A stretch of 64,000 nucleotides of DNA from Tubulanus polymorphus (GCF_964204645.1 NC_134036.1:8098812-8162811), one strand, 5' to 3'. Shown: positions 49,167-61,302, counted from the first letter of the stretch. Numbers and translations: made by a program. Notes: a model not told the origin generated them from the sequence alone.

Positions 49167-49535
49167 TTAATCCATTAATAATAATTTAGATTTAGTTTCA
49201 ATGGCTTTATGATTTGACTTATTTTCTGGTATGATAGGTTTGTTGTCATTGGAATCATTATTGTTATCAGATTTGAATTTTGATTTATATATTACACCGG
49301 ATAATATAATGACTGTTACTAATCCAATTGTAATATATAATTTATAATTACTTCCAGCATTAGAAGAATCAGATGGATTATTATTTGAATCAATATCAGA
49401 TAATTTCTGTGATTCATTTATATCAGTTAATTTCTTTTTCTTAGCTTTTTTTAATTCTGAAGATCTTCTACCTAATTCTCTTGCCCATTTAATTTGTTTC
49501 TCGGATCTAGCCTTTTTCTTAACTCCATCACTCAT
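49167..49535 (-). CDS. Small basic single-pass membrane protein
   Basis: KQIKWARELG motif and TM LYITIGLVTVIILSGVIY. Homologue of 4355-4723. Confidence 0.78.
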   Translation of the reverse strand: MSDGVKKKARSEKQIKWARELGRRSSELKKAKKKKLTDINESQKLSDIDSNNNPSDSSNAGSNYKLYITIGLVTVIILSGVIYKSKFKSDNNNDSNDNKPIIPENKSNHKAIETKSKLLLMD

Positions 49536-50130
49536 TTATTTTAGTTAATTTTTGTTCTGATTCATTTTCTGTTTCGACGTTTGGTTGTAGTACATCTGTT
49601 TCGTTCTTACCTGATTTATATTCCATAGGCTTGATGTTCGAAAATGTTATGACGCCAGTAGAAATTAATGTCATAACCGATCCTAATTGAAATGAAGCAT
49701 ATCCGACCCATTTTTGTAATTCAGTCATAACTAAGTAGTCATTTTTTAAATCACTATATAATTTATTTTCATCATCAATTGGTATTAACTGGTTACATAA
49801 CTTAGAATAACATTTGACAATACCATTCGAAATAGAATCATTTATTTTAGCTAATCTTGCCTCTTCATAAATCTTAAAATATTTTATTACTTTATCTGGT
49901 TTCATAGCATCTAATTCTTGAAAAGTAATAGTCTTAGTTAAAAATTGTTTACACTTTCCGCTAGCAATTAATAATTCAAGATGATGCTTACAATATAAAT
50001 AGTATTCATAATCTATATTACAATTAACTTGAGCACAATTAGAAACAACTGTATCTTTATTATCACTTATACCTAAATCATCTAATGTCTTTTCAATATC
50101 AATACTATTCTTATTAGATTTCTTTGACAT
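49528..50130 (-). CDS. Conserved viral hypothetical protein (200 aa)
   Basis: Homologue of 3817-4422. TAAATG start. Confidence 0.8.
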   Translation of the reverse strand: MSKKSNKNSIDIEKTLDDLGISDNKDTVVSNCAQVNCNIDYEYYLYCKHHLELLIASGKCKQFLTKTITFQELDAMKPDKVIKYFKIYEEARLAKINDSISNGIVKCYSKLCNQLIPIDDENKLYSDLKNDYLVMTELQKWVGYASFQLGSVMTLISTGVITFSNIKPMEYKSGKNETDVLQPNVETENESEQKLTKINE

Positions 50131-50208
50131 TTATATTAGAGAAATTTAATTAGAAAAATATTATAAGTATTATAAAATGATACTAGCTAGTTAAAACTAA
50201 AGAATTCT

Positions 50209-51600
50209 ATGTAAATGATAACCCTGGATATAAGTTATTATATATAGATGCAAATAATCTATATGGTTGGGCAATGATGGAACCACAACCTTATGGAGTA
50301 TTTGAATTAACTGAAGTTTTACAGAATGAAAATAATGATAAATTTGATTGTAAGAAAAGAATTCTAGATATTGCAGATGATTCAGATACTGGTTACTTCT
50401 TTGTTGTAGATTTAGAATATCCTGAAGATAAAAAATTTAAATCTAGAAATCTAGCTTACTGTCCCGAACATAAAACTGTAACTCATGAAGAATTATCAAA
50501 TTATCAAAAAAGAATTAAACCCGAAAATCATATTCATACAGAAAAGTTAATGGTAACTCAAGAAGATTAATATAATTATGTAGTACATTATAGAATGTTA
50601 AAGTTTTATCTAAAACAAGGAATGGTTCTAAAAAAAGTACATAGATATATTTCATTCAGTCAATCTAAGTGGTTAGAAAAATATATAGATTTTAACACCA
50701 AACAGAGAACTGAAGCTAAAACTGATTTTGAGAAAGATTTCTTCAAGTTAATGAGTAATGCATTCTATGGTAAGACTTGTGAAAATATTAGAAATAGAAA
50801 TGATATTGAGTTAGTTAGTAATGGTAAAAGGATAAGGCATTTACAAACATATCCTAAGTTCATTGGTAACAGAATATTTGATGAAAATTTAGCTGCAGTT
50901 AAGATGAGAAGAACTTCAATGAAATTTAATAAACCAATCTATGTTGGCGCTTCAGTTTTAGAATTATCAAAATTACTAATGTATGAATTCTATTATAATG
51001 TATTACAACCACTTTTTGGAGAAAAACATATAGAAATATTATATTTTGATACAGATTCTTACATATTAAAGATAAAAACTGATAACATAACTAATGATTT
51101 AAAAACATTAAAACATCATTTTGATTTTAGTAACTATCCTCAAGATCATGAATTGTTTAGCAATGATAAGAAAAAAGTTCCAGGGAAGTTTAAGCATGAA
51201 TTAGGTGGTGAAGAAATGATTGAATTCATTGGTATTAGATCTAAAATGTATTCATATAAAACTAAAGAACATGAAGCTAAAAAGTTAAAAGGAATAACCA
51301 AAAGTGTAGTAGAAAAGAATATTCATTTCAAAGATTACATCAATTGTATATTCAATGAAGAAGTTAGAAAACATAAAATGAGATGTTTAAGATGTGAAGA
51401 TCATGAAATGTTTATTGAAGAAATTGAAAAGGTTAGTTTGAATCCATTTGATGATAAAAGATATATTTTAGATGATGGAATTCATACAGTTGCTTATGGT
51501 TGCAATTTAGATGAATACTTAAAATTTAAAAGAGAAGAAACAAAAGAGAACGAGATAATGAAAAGAATTCTAACGTGTTATTCAAATTTTAATAAAAATA
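50209..51600 (+). pseudogene. pPolB 3' half (polymerase domain only; TAA at 50568)
   Basis: YIDANNLYGWAM, KLMSNAFYGK and YFDTDS. Near-identical to 37481-38853. Confidence 0.9.
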
Positions 51601-51610
51601 TGTATTATAA

Positions 51611-51964
51611 ATGGAGAGTAAACAAACACACAGTGAGAACAACAAATCATTTCTAGATAGAATAAAAGATACTTCAAATGTCAAATCAGTAGATTATAAA
51701 TTTAAGAAGTTAACAGAATTAATAATCCATAAGAAATATCTAGTTACAAATATTGATACAGTTACTAACAAATATGGAGATAAATTAGTTATACACTTAG
51801 AATATGAAGGATTAAAAGGAAATACATATAAATTCAGAACATATTTACCAGATAGATTTCATAGATTATCAAGTGAAGATCTAGAAGAATTATGTTCTGG
51901 AGATTTCTATTTCGTATACAAAGGTAAGAATGAAACAGGGCACAATGAAATAGATTTCGAATAA
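51611..51964 (+). CDS. 117-aa viral protein (copy D, intact)
   Basis: Near-identical to 38883-39236. Confidence 0.75.
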   Translation: MESKQTHSENNKSFLDRIKDTSNVKSVDYKFKKLTELIIHKKYLVTNIDTVTNKYGDKLVIHLEYEGLKGNTYKFRTYLPDRFHRLSSEDLEELCSGDFYFVYKGKNETGHNEIDFE

Positions 51965-51981
51965 GAAAATATGTAAAATAA

Positions 51982-52740
51982 ATGGTAGAATTAAAAGAAT
52001 ACAGAATATTTGTTGATTCAAGAAAACTTACAAATTATAAATCTCATAATTTACTAGTACAATTAGATAGAGAATCCAAGAATTGTGTAGATTTAAAATT
52101 AGTAAACATAAGTTTATGTAATTCTTTTTATAATATATCGGATAAAACTATTGAAGATAATTCTGTTTTAATTCATATTAGAAATGTAGATAAATGGTTT
52201 CATCTAATTTTAAAAACAGGATTATATAATTTAGAAACATTAGCTCAAGAAATTAATAGAAGAGCACGGTTGAAAATAAGAAGAGATGATAAATTTTTAA
52301 TTAGATTTATAAAAAGTGATAGCACAAATAAAATTAAATAAAGGTATATGATGAAAGTCAACATGCATTTATGGTAAAAAAAACCTATAGCTAAACTGTT
52401 AGGAATTGTACCAGATACCGTTACAGGAAACGTAGATGGTAATTCAAATATAATACCTTTTACACACTTTTATATTTATTGCAATTTAATCGAGCCTACA
52501 AAAACTTTCGAAGCAACTAAAGATACAATTTGTAATTCTAGTATACTAAATATTTTACCATTAAAAAATGTTAAACAATTTGGAACGCAGATAAATTATA
52601 ATTTAACAGAATGTGATTTTAAACCTTGTATTCCTCAATTTAATAATTTTAAATTAGAAATAAGAAATCATAATGGATATTTAATTGATTTGAATAACTT
52701 TCCTGTAATTTATGAATTAGTTATAAGATGTAGAGAGTAA
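51982..52740 (+). pseudogene. Minor capsid protein gene, disrupted
   Basis: Homologous to 39254-40012. Reading frame broken at ~52340. Confidence 0.8.
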
Positions 52741-55700
52741 TTTTTTCATTATATAAATGAATATAACTGTTGGGCCGAGCATATGTTTTGGATTTGATTT
52801 TAAACGTGAGAAAGAAATGAAATTTAACATTACTGATGTAATTACACATATCAAAAATATTACATTTTCTAATGAAACAACATTTGAGTATGAAACAACA
52901 ATAGATAAAGAAACTTTAAATGTAGAAAAGATTACTAATTTAATTAGAGAATCTTAAAGATTTTAATAATTAGATGAAGATTTTATCATCGATGATATTA
53001 AAAAAATAATAATTGAAATAAATACAAATGAAACTAGTAATGAAATAAATGTTGAATTAATCATAAATAAGTTAACTAAATATTTTGATGATAGTAATTT
53101 TTTGATAAATAAATGAGTGATAATAAGTGGATAATAACTGGATTATATAATGGAGCATTACTATCAGTTGGAACTGTTGGTTATTCAATGGTATTAAAAA
53201 AAGTATTCAAAATGTTAAGTGTTAATGTTGATAGATTTGATATAAATGATATTTTAAAATTAACATTAGCAGTTACTTTATCTAATTTAACTATTGATTA
53301 TTTGGAAAAACAAAAATATATTCCTCCCATATAAATGCGTAATTATTTTACCAAATAAATGGCTTCTGCAGTTATAACTATTAAAGGATCGGCAATTGTT
53401 AACGCTTTAGCATTTACTGGTGGTGGTTATTTATTTAAACATATTGATAAAAATAGTTCATTAGGAGAACAAAGAAGACATAACTTAGCGTTAGAGAAAT
53501 ACAATAAAGCTGCAGAAGAATATAGAGAAAAAAGACAAAACTATATGGATTACATCAATAAAGAATTATATGATCAGAAGATTTCACATAGAGATTTTCA
53601 ATCAGTTGATGATGCAATGAGTTTATAAAACGCGGTAACCAATAAAGAAAAATTACAGCTACATAAACCTACAATATCAGATTATTATACCCCAAGTAAT
53701 GAACAGAAGAAATATGAAATAATTTGGATTTTAGGTGGAACAGTTGTTGTTATATTTGTAGCATATAAATTTACTAATTAGTAATTTTTTTTCTAAATAA
53801 ATGGATGATAATATTGGTATTATTCCTTATGATATAAATAAAACTAAATTAAAAATATATTTAGAAAAACAATTATTAGAATTTGAAAATGACTTAAAGA
53901 TAAAAAGAAAAAATATTTAAAATCTAAAATTATATATTATTTGATTATCAGTGGTTCGGTTACAATTAATTCTGTAACAACATTTCTAGCAATATTCAGT
54001 CCATTAACACCTTTAGCTATATCAATTGGTGTGTTAGGATTAAGTTCAAGTGTTTTAACTGGTATAAGTTCAAAATTAAATATAAAAAGTAATAAAGAAA
54101 AAATTAAAACTAATATAAAAGAAATTAATAAATTAAAAAATACACTAGATTATATTATAAGTTTAATAACCATATAACAGGAACAAGATAAATTATTAAA
54201 AGAATTAATAAATTATTAATTTTTTAATTATATAAATGGCAGATAGTTTTCCAAAAGCTTTCCAATATAATAATTCAATTAAATATAATATTCCTGCCAT
54301 AGATTTTAATAAAGATATTACATATAGAAATGAAGTTTTAAATTCATTAATTGATTTATATATTTATGTTACTGACAGTAATAATTTTCATGTAAAGATG
54401 GAAAATATATTTCATGTGTATACAATTAATTTCAAAAATTTAAATGAGGCAAAACAATGGTTATTAAAATCTAATATGAAGTATTGGCAGAACCAATTAA
54501 ATTTTGCTGTTTATTGCGCAACAACAGGATGTGGAATTAGTTGGAATGATCATTTAAACAAACCAAGTTTACCATTGATGTTATCACTTTTTAGATTTCA
54601 TACATATTTTCAAATAAAATTAATATTAGATGAATTAGAATGTCCTTTACCAGGTTCAAAATATTTTAAAGAATTGAATAATAATATTAATTTTTCTAAG
54701 TTTTATAAAATATGTAATGAATTTAATATTAATTCAAATAAAGATTTTAGAGCAAAAATTGGAACAATGGGTGGATTAGGAATATTATATACTAAAGAAT
54801 TTGGAAAAATAATGACAAATTCAGATATAAATGGAATGAATTACCAACGTATTATAATAATAAAAAAGAAAAAAAAGAAAAAAAATAATAGCAAAATCAA
54901 CTTTGCTTAAGTCTGACTCGTGACTATCTAGAATTAAGAGAATAAGAAATAGTAATGAAATAGAAGATGTAACACAAGAAGAAATAAATCAAAATAAAAG
55001 AGTATTTAAACAAAGAATTAATGAATTATTTGAAATAATCAAAAAGAAATCAGAAACAGAAACAACTTCTGAACAGAATATAACTTCCAAAACTAGTAAG
55101 CTTAAATCAAATAATGTTCCAATTGAAAAACTTTTACCAAATGGATTACTTGATGCAACAGATCAAGAATTAGAAGATTTAGATATATTTTCTGATAAAG
55201 CAATAAGAGAAATTATTAGTATAAGAAATGAAGCTGATAAAATTGCGCATGATAAAAGTATAAGAGATATTAAAATTAGAACTTTGGAAAAAGACAGAAC
55301 TGATAAAATTAAAGAAATAGAACAACTAAAATTAGATAGAGATAATAAAGTTATTGAAGAAATCGAATTTAAAAAAAGAAATGCGTATTTAGAAAAAAGA
55401 AAAAGATGATTTAGAATATAACATAGAATTACAAAAAGAAGAAATTAAATTATTATTAAAATCATATAATTATAATATTAATAGATTAAAAGTTATTTTT
55501 AAAGATTTGTTGATAAAACCAAATTCTGAAATATCATTGAAAGATAGAATACAATTATTATTTAAGTTAGAAGGAATCACAATTCTTTCAATTCTAACAG
55601 CTGTAACTATGTTATTTACAACAATTGGTTTAGCTATATCAAATGCTTTAAAATCTACTCCTACTCCAAATAAACCAGATAAACCCCCAGATAATAATAA

Positions 55701-55952
55701 TTCTATACAAGATAAAGTTAAGGATGGTTTAAAGAAATTAGCAAAATATTTATGGGAACTATCTAAAAAATCTGCTGCAGCATTGCCCGGAGTTATTGCA
55801 TCAAATGTTGGTTTTATATTGAAATCTGCAGGAAACATTATTAACTTTGCTGCTGAACATATTATTTTATTTTTAATTACAGTTGTAAGTGCAATTATTT
55901 TTGGGTTAGTAAACATGATAAAAAATAGATAATTAATTTTGTTGTTAAATAA

Positions 55953-57189
55953 ATGAGTGGGAGTTATATCAATCCTTCTAAGAATCATAGAATATCTAAT
56001 GCTATTAAAGCAGAAAGATCACATCATATAATTACTCATAACCCTTCTAATATTAATCCTGATGAAACTTTATATGTTAGAATCCCTCGATTAACACAAA
56101 ATACTTTTTATGTTCCAAATAGTATTTAGCCGATATAAAAGTAACCGGTAATAATAATAATTATGTTGTTGATAATGTTGGAAGGTATTTGATTAAAAAG
56201 TTAACAATAAAGATTGGTCCAGAAACAGTTTTCTCATTAGATGATTATAATTTATTTATGCATTATAAAGATTTATGGTTAACTAAAGAAAATAGAAATA
56301 ATATGATATTTCAAGGCATCCAATCAGAAAACCAAAATAAATTAAGATCAGAAGCGCATAATGCAATATTAACTAATGCTGTAGATAAATTGATAAAAAG
56401 TATATATGGAAGCAAATATAAAATTCCATTAGACTTTGAATTGATAAATAATAATGCACCTTTATATAAATATGCAATTCAAGAAGACGTTATATTCGAA
56501 ATAACATTTGCTCCTGTTAATGAAATTGTAATATCTAGCGTTAATAAAGATATGAGTTATAAATTATCGAATATATGTTTAGAATAAGATACAGTAACTG
56601 ATGAAAATATTTCAAGTATAATTCAAACAAAATACAATCAATGATTTTCATTATTATGATTATATTGATAAATTTAAAACTGTAACTATTAATGCAAATG
56701 ATGAAATAATTAATGAGAATATTAACTTCCCAAGAAGATCTATTAACGGTATATTAATATTTTTTACCATTGCAACATATACTAATGGTGCAATAAATTT
56801 TGATAATTATTATAATCCTGAAATAACAAAAGTAGAAATAACTATCGAAGGAATAGCAAATAAAATATTTTGTCAAGGAATGAGAATGATAGATCAATGG
56901 CCAGAAATTAGAAAACATCTTATGAATGATAAAGTAAAATCATCTGAAAATTGTAATATTAATCAAATTGATTATTATACCGGCAATAAATATACATTAT
57001 GGTTAGATTTTAACAACAGAGGATACTTCATTACATGGTTCTGGAAAAAAATTACAAAACACTAAAGATGGAATACAATTATTCATGACAAAGAAAAAAG
57101 GAAGCCTAAATTTTAAAATGCATATTTATATTATATCTGACGCGCAATTAAATATTGTAAATTCTCAATTAAATAGTGTTATGTATTAA
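55953..57189 (+). pseudogene. Major capsid protein gene, disrupted
   Basis: Homologous to 44648-45895, with a deletion at ~56127, stops at ~56585 and ~56642, and a further frameshift at ~57012. Confidence 0.85.
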
Positions 57190-57221
57190 AATTTTAACTT
57201 TAATAAAAATTTATATAATAA

Positions 57222-58118
57222 ATGGAAGGAGGTAAAGTATATAAACATATTCCATACATCGATACACATGAAAATAATGATGGTGTATATTATGTAATAC
57301 CTTGTAATATAGCTTTGATATTTGATCCTATTTTCAAAATTAATAAAACTAAACTAATAGAAATCGATAATAATAAAAGTGGTGTTGTTGATAATTTAAG
57401 TAATGTAATTGATAATAATGTAATACCTTCTACATCTAATAATGTAATACCTTCTACATCTAATAATGTAATACCTTCTACATCTAATAATGTAATACCT
57501 ACTACATCTAATAATGTAATACCTTCTACATCTAATAATGCAATAATATTGAATGTTAGTGAAAATAGAAATTATTGTGATTATTGTAAAGGTGAATTTT
57601 CAAACGCTCCATCAAATTGGAATAAACATATGAATACAAGGGTACATATTACTAATGTTATAGAACGTGTTGGTTTAAGAGAATTTATAGAACACCCATT
57701 TAGATATGTTACAAAATTTGTTTCAAATAAAAAAGTAAATGGTAAAGAATTATATTAATTTTTATTAGCAACACCGAATAAAGATGAATTAGATTTAACC
57801 GATGCTAATGAAATATTAGGATCAAACACTGTAAATGAAATATTAGGAGCAAACACTTATAAAGATGATAATGAAAATGGTGCCATACGGCACCCACATG
57901 GTGATATAGTTACAGATATTGATAATAAAGATTCTATGAAACATAAAGTAGAAAATAATGATAAATTTGATTGGACGAATAAGCATAACAATGAAACAAC
58001 TATTGATGATGCGGTAAAAGGGGTGAAGAATAAGTATAAAAATAATGAAGAATTAGAAGAAGATTCGATAGAGCATTTGAATAAATTGTTAGGGGGGTCT
58101 GATAGTGAAAGTGATTAA
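57222..58118 (+). pseudogene. Zinc-finger protein variant with NNVIPSTS tandem repeats
   Basis: First ~69 aa as in 45928. Five 24-bp repeats at ~57414-57535, one CDYC..HMNTRVH finger and an unrelated C-terminus. Break at 57758. Confidence 0.7.
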
Positions 58119-58149
58119 GATATTAATTATATTTAACTCAAAAAGTAAT

Positions 58150-58500
58150 AAAGTTTGAAAATTGTAAAAATAATATTTATTTTTAAAAAGGGGGTTTTAA
58201 GTATTTAAGATATTTAAGGTATCTAATACATATCTAATACAATCTAATACAATCTAATACATAAAATATCTTATTTTATAAACTTATATTCATATGGAAA
58301 TTGAAACCTCAGTAATAATAACTAACCTTTATTATTTTCAAACTTTTTCATATATTAGTTGAACAAAATAAAAATAAATTGGTTGAAAATTGTATAAATA
58401 ATATTTATTTTAAAAAAGGGGTTTTTAAGTATTTAAGGTATCTAATAGGGTATCTAATAGGGTATCAGGTATTAAGGTATCTAATAGGGTATCAAATACA
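58150..58500. repeat. Duplicated intergenic unit with TCTAATA minirepeats flanking a relic ATPase 3' end
   Basis: TTGAAAATTGTA..AAAGGGG(G)TTTTAAGTATTTAAG..TATCTAATA at ~58155 and ~58383. The stretch 58271-58355 resembles 58516-58600. Confidence 0.75.
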
Positions 58501-58515
58501 TAGATATATAAATAG

Positions 58516-59127
58516 TTATTTTATAAATTCATATTCATAGGGAAATTGTAGTCTCAGTAATAATTTTGAACCTTTATTATTCTTTAATTTATCCATATAT
58601 TCATCATGTAATTCAGTAGGTATAATTTGATTTTCTTCCAATGATTGTTGCATAGATTTTCTATCTTTATTGTAGAATAAAACTAGAAATCTTATATTCT
58701 CCCTGAAGTCTTTAACAATTGAATTATATTTTTGATTTAAAACCCACGTTGTTATCCCGAAATGTCTCCCAGAGAAAGCTAAATAACATAACTCACTTTC
58801 TCTCACTTTTGAATCATGTAAATTAGCGCAATCATCTATAATGAATAATGTATTTGATCCTTTATAAGTATCAATTGCTATTTTTATACAATTATCTACA
58901 TTTTCTTTTACTGTTTTAGGATCTAATATAATAAACTTTTTTATCTTAACTATATCTCTATTATATGTTTTATTCATTTCATAAGTAGGACAAAATAATA
59001 TTATATTATCAAAATGATTCTTATAAATAGTTTCTTACAAATCTAATATGAAATGTGTTTTACCACAATTGGTTACACCAGTAACTAACATATTATGCGG
59101 TTCAAATATAAATAAATCTTTATTCAT
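58516..59127 (-). pseudogene. Packaging ATPase, frameshifted near 59035
   Basis: Walker A and Walker B lie in different frames. Confidence 0.85.
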
Positions 59128-60199
59128 TTATTCTTTTAATTTTACTAGATAAAATCCATTCATTAAATTTATCATCATATCCTTTATATTTCACCAAAGA
59201 ATACTTTTTTCCTTTAAGAGTTTTTGTTTTCAATACTTTTTCTATTTTGTATTCTATTTCATCTGGATTTGGTACAAGTGATAATTCTTGTTCATAGAAA
59301 TAACCTAATATTTCTTCATCTTTTAGATCTTCTAGTTTAAATATTTCTTCAGTAAAATTAGGGGTATAACCTTTATAAAATGTTTTTCTATATTTAGATA
59401 TTCTGACATGTTGCCTAATTTTAAATTTAGGTTCTCCGAAATCATGTGTAACAAACGCTCCATATAAATAATTCCAAACTATTTCTGAATTATCTTCTTT
59501 TCTAGCTTGTATAGGTTTCATATTTATAGAACTATGTTTAGAATTATTATAACCTTTCACTAAATCATCTAACACATCGATATATTTATATGTTTCATTA
59601 GCAGTAAAGTATTTCCACATTCTAGTTTTCAATGTTTTATTAAATCTTTCTATAATAGATGCTTTTTTATCTGAGTGTGTTGAAAAATAATCTACATCGT
59701 TATCAGATAATAGTTTTTAAAAATGTTTGTTATAAAATTCCTTACCTTCATCAAATTGTATCTTATCTGGAATAGCTTCTTTGAATATAGATTTAAAAGC
59801 ATTTGTTACTTCTATTCCAGTTTTATTTTTGATTGGAATTGACCATGCGTATCTACTGAATATATCTATAACATTTAATATCCAGAAATATCCTTTGTTG
59901 TATTCTTCTAAGTTCTTCATGTCAATTAAATCTGCTTGCCATTGTTGATCGATATATGAAACCATAACTTTTCTTGTTAAATAAGTTTTATCCATTTTCT
60001 TGTAGATTTGATATGTTGGTTGATTTTGTAACCATGATTTTAATTCGCTATATTTTATACCACCATGTGGGTGCCATACGGCACCATCACCATTTTCATT
60101 ATCAGATTTAATTTTATTCCATAATTCTGAAACGTTAGAATATGATACTTCACTTTCTGGGTTGTAATATAACTCTCTTAAATATTGTTCTTTTTTCAT
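59120..60199 (-). pseudogene. rve integrase-chromodomain gene, frameshifted (~59717), with a 13-aa deletion and a 9-aa insertion
   Basis: Direct comparison with 48069-49160. Confidence 0.9.
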
Positions 60200-60205
60200 C
60201 TTATT

Positions 60206-60574
60206 TTAATCCATTAATAATAATTTAGATTTAGTTTCAATGGCTTTATGATTTGACTTATTTTCTTGTATAATAGGTTTATTGTCATTGGAATCATCTT
60301 TATCATCAGATTTGAATTTTGATTTATATATTACACCGGATAATATATTAATTGTGATTATCCCAATTGTAATATATAAGTAATTATTTCTTCCACTATT
60401 AGAAGAATCAGATGGATTATTATTTGAATCAATATCAGATAAAGTCTGTGATTCATTTATATCAGTTAATTTCTTTTTCTTAGCTTTTTTTAATTCTGAA
60501 GATCTTTTACCTAATTCTCTTGCCCATTTAATTTGTTTTTTAGATTTAACCTTTTTCTTAACGCTATCACTCAT
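60206..60574 (-). CDS. Small basic single-pass membrane protein (copy D)
   Basis: Homologue of 49167-49535. Confidence 0.75.
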   Translation of the reverse strand: MSDSVKKKVKSKKQIKWARELGKRSSELKKAKKKKLTDINESQTLSDIDSNNNPSDSSNSGRNNYLYITIGIITINILSGVIYKSKFKSDDKDDSNDNKPIIQENKSNHKAIETKSKLLLMD

Positions 60575-60878
60575 TTATTTTAGTTAATTTTTGTTCTGAT
60601 TCATTTTCTGTTTCGACGTTTGGTTGTAGTACATCTGTTTCGTTCTTACCTGATTTATATTCCATAGGCTTGATGTTCGAAAATGTAATGACACCAGTAG
60701 AAATTAATGTCATAACCGATCCTAATTGAAATGAAGCATAACAAACCCATTTTTGTAATTCAGTCATAACTAAGTAGTCATTTTTCAAATCACTATATAA
60801 TTTATTTTCATCATCAATTGGTATTAACTGGTTACATAACTTAGAATAACATTTATAATACCATCTGAAATAGAATCA

Positions 60879-61302
60879 TTTATTCGGGCTAATCTTGCCT
60901 CTTCATAAATCTTAAAATATTTTATTACTTTATCTTGTTTCATAGCATCTAATTCTTGAAAAGTAATAATTCTATTTAAAAACTCGTTACTTTTTCCACC
61001 GGCAATCAATAGTTCTAGATGGTGCTTACAATATAAATAGTATTCATAATCTATATTACAATTAACTTGAGCACAATTAGTTACAACTGTTTTATTCGGG
61101 CTAATCTTGCCTCTTCATAAATCTTAAAATATTTTATTACTTTATCTTGTTTCATAGCATCTAATTCTTGAAAAGTAATAATTCTATTTAAAAACTCGTT
61201 ACTTTTTCCACCGGCAATCAATAGTTCTAGATGGTGCTTACAATATAAATAGTATTCATAATCTATATTACAATTAACTTGAGCACAATTAGTTACAACT
61301 GT
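60879..61302. repeat. 212-bp tandem duplication inside the 200-aa gene at the broken end of copy D
   Basis: TTTATTCGGGCTAATCTTGCC..GTTACAACTGT at 60879 and 61091. Confidence 0.92.

Larger units (their letters stand above)
34740..50208 (+). mobile_element. Polinton/Maverick-like endogenous virus, copy C (near-complete, 15 genes in two convergent blocks)
   Basis: pPolB, penton, MCP, ATPase and rve integrase all present. The right end is lost at the junction with copy D, and no matching TIR or TSD is visible. Confidence 0.95.

Noticed and set aside
34816-50130. Bacteriophage/prophage or contaminant interpretation
   Set aside because: The rve integrase with chromodomain, Polinton-type pPolB, absence of Shine-Dalgarno motifs and nested eukaryotic TEs indicate an endogenous eukaryotic virus.
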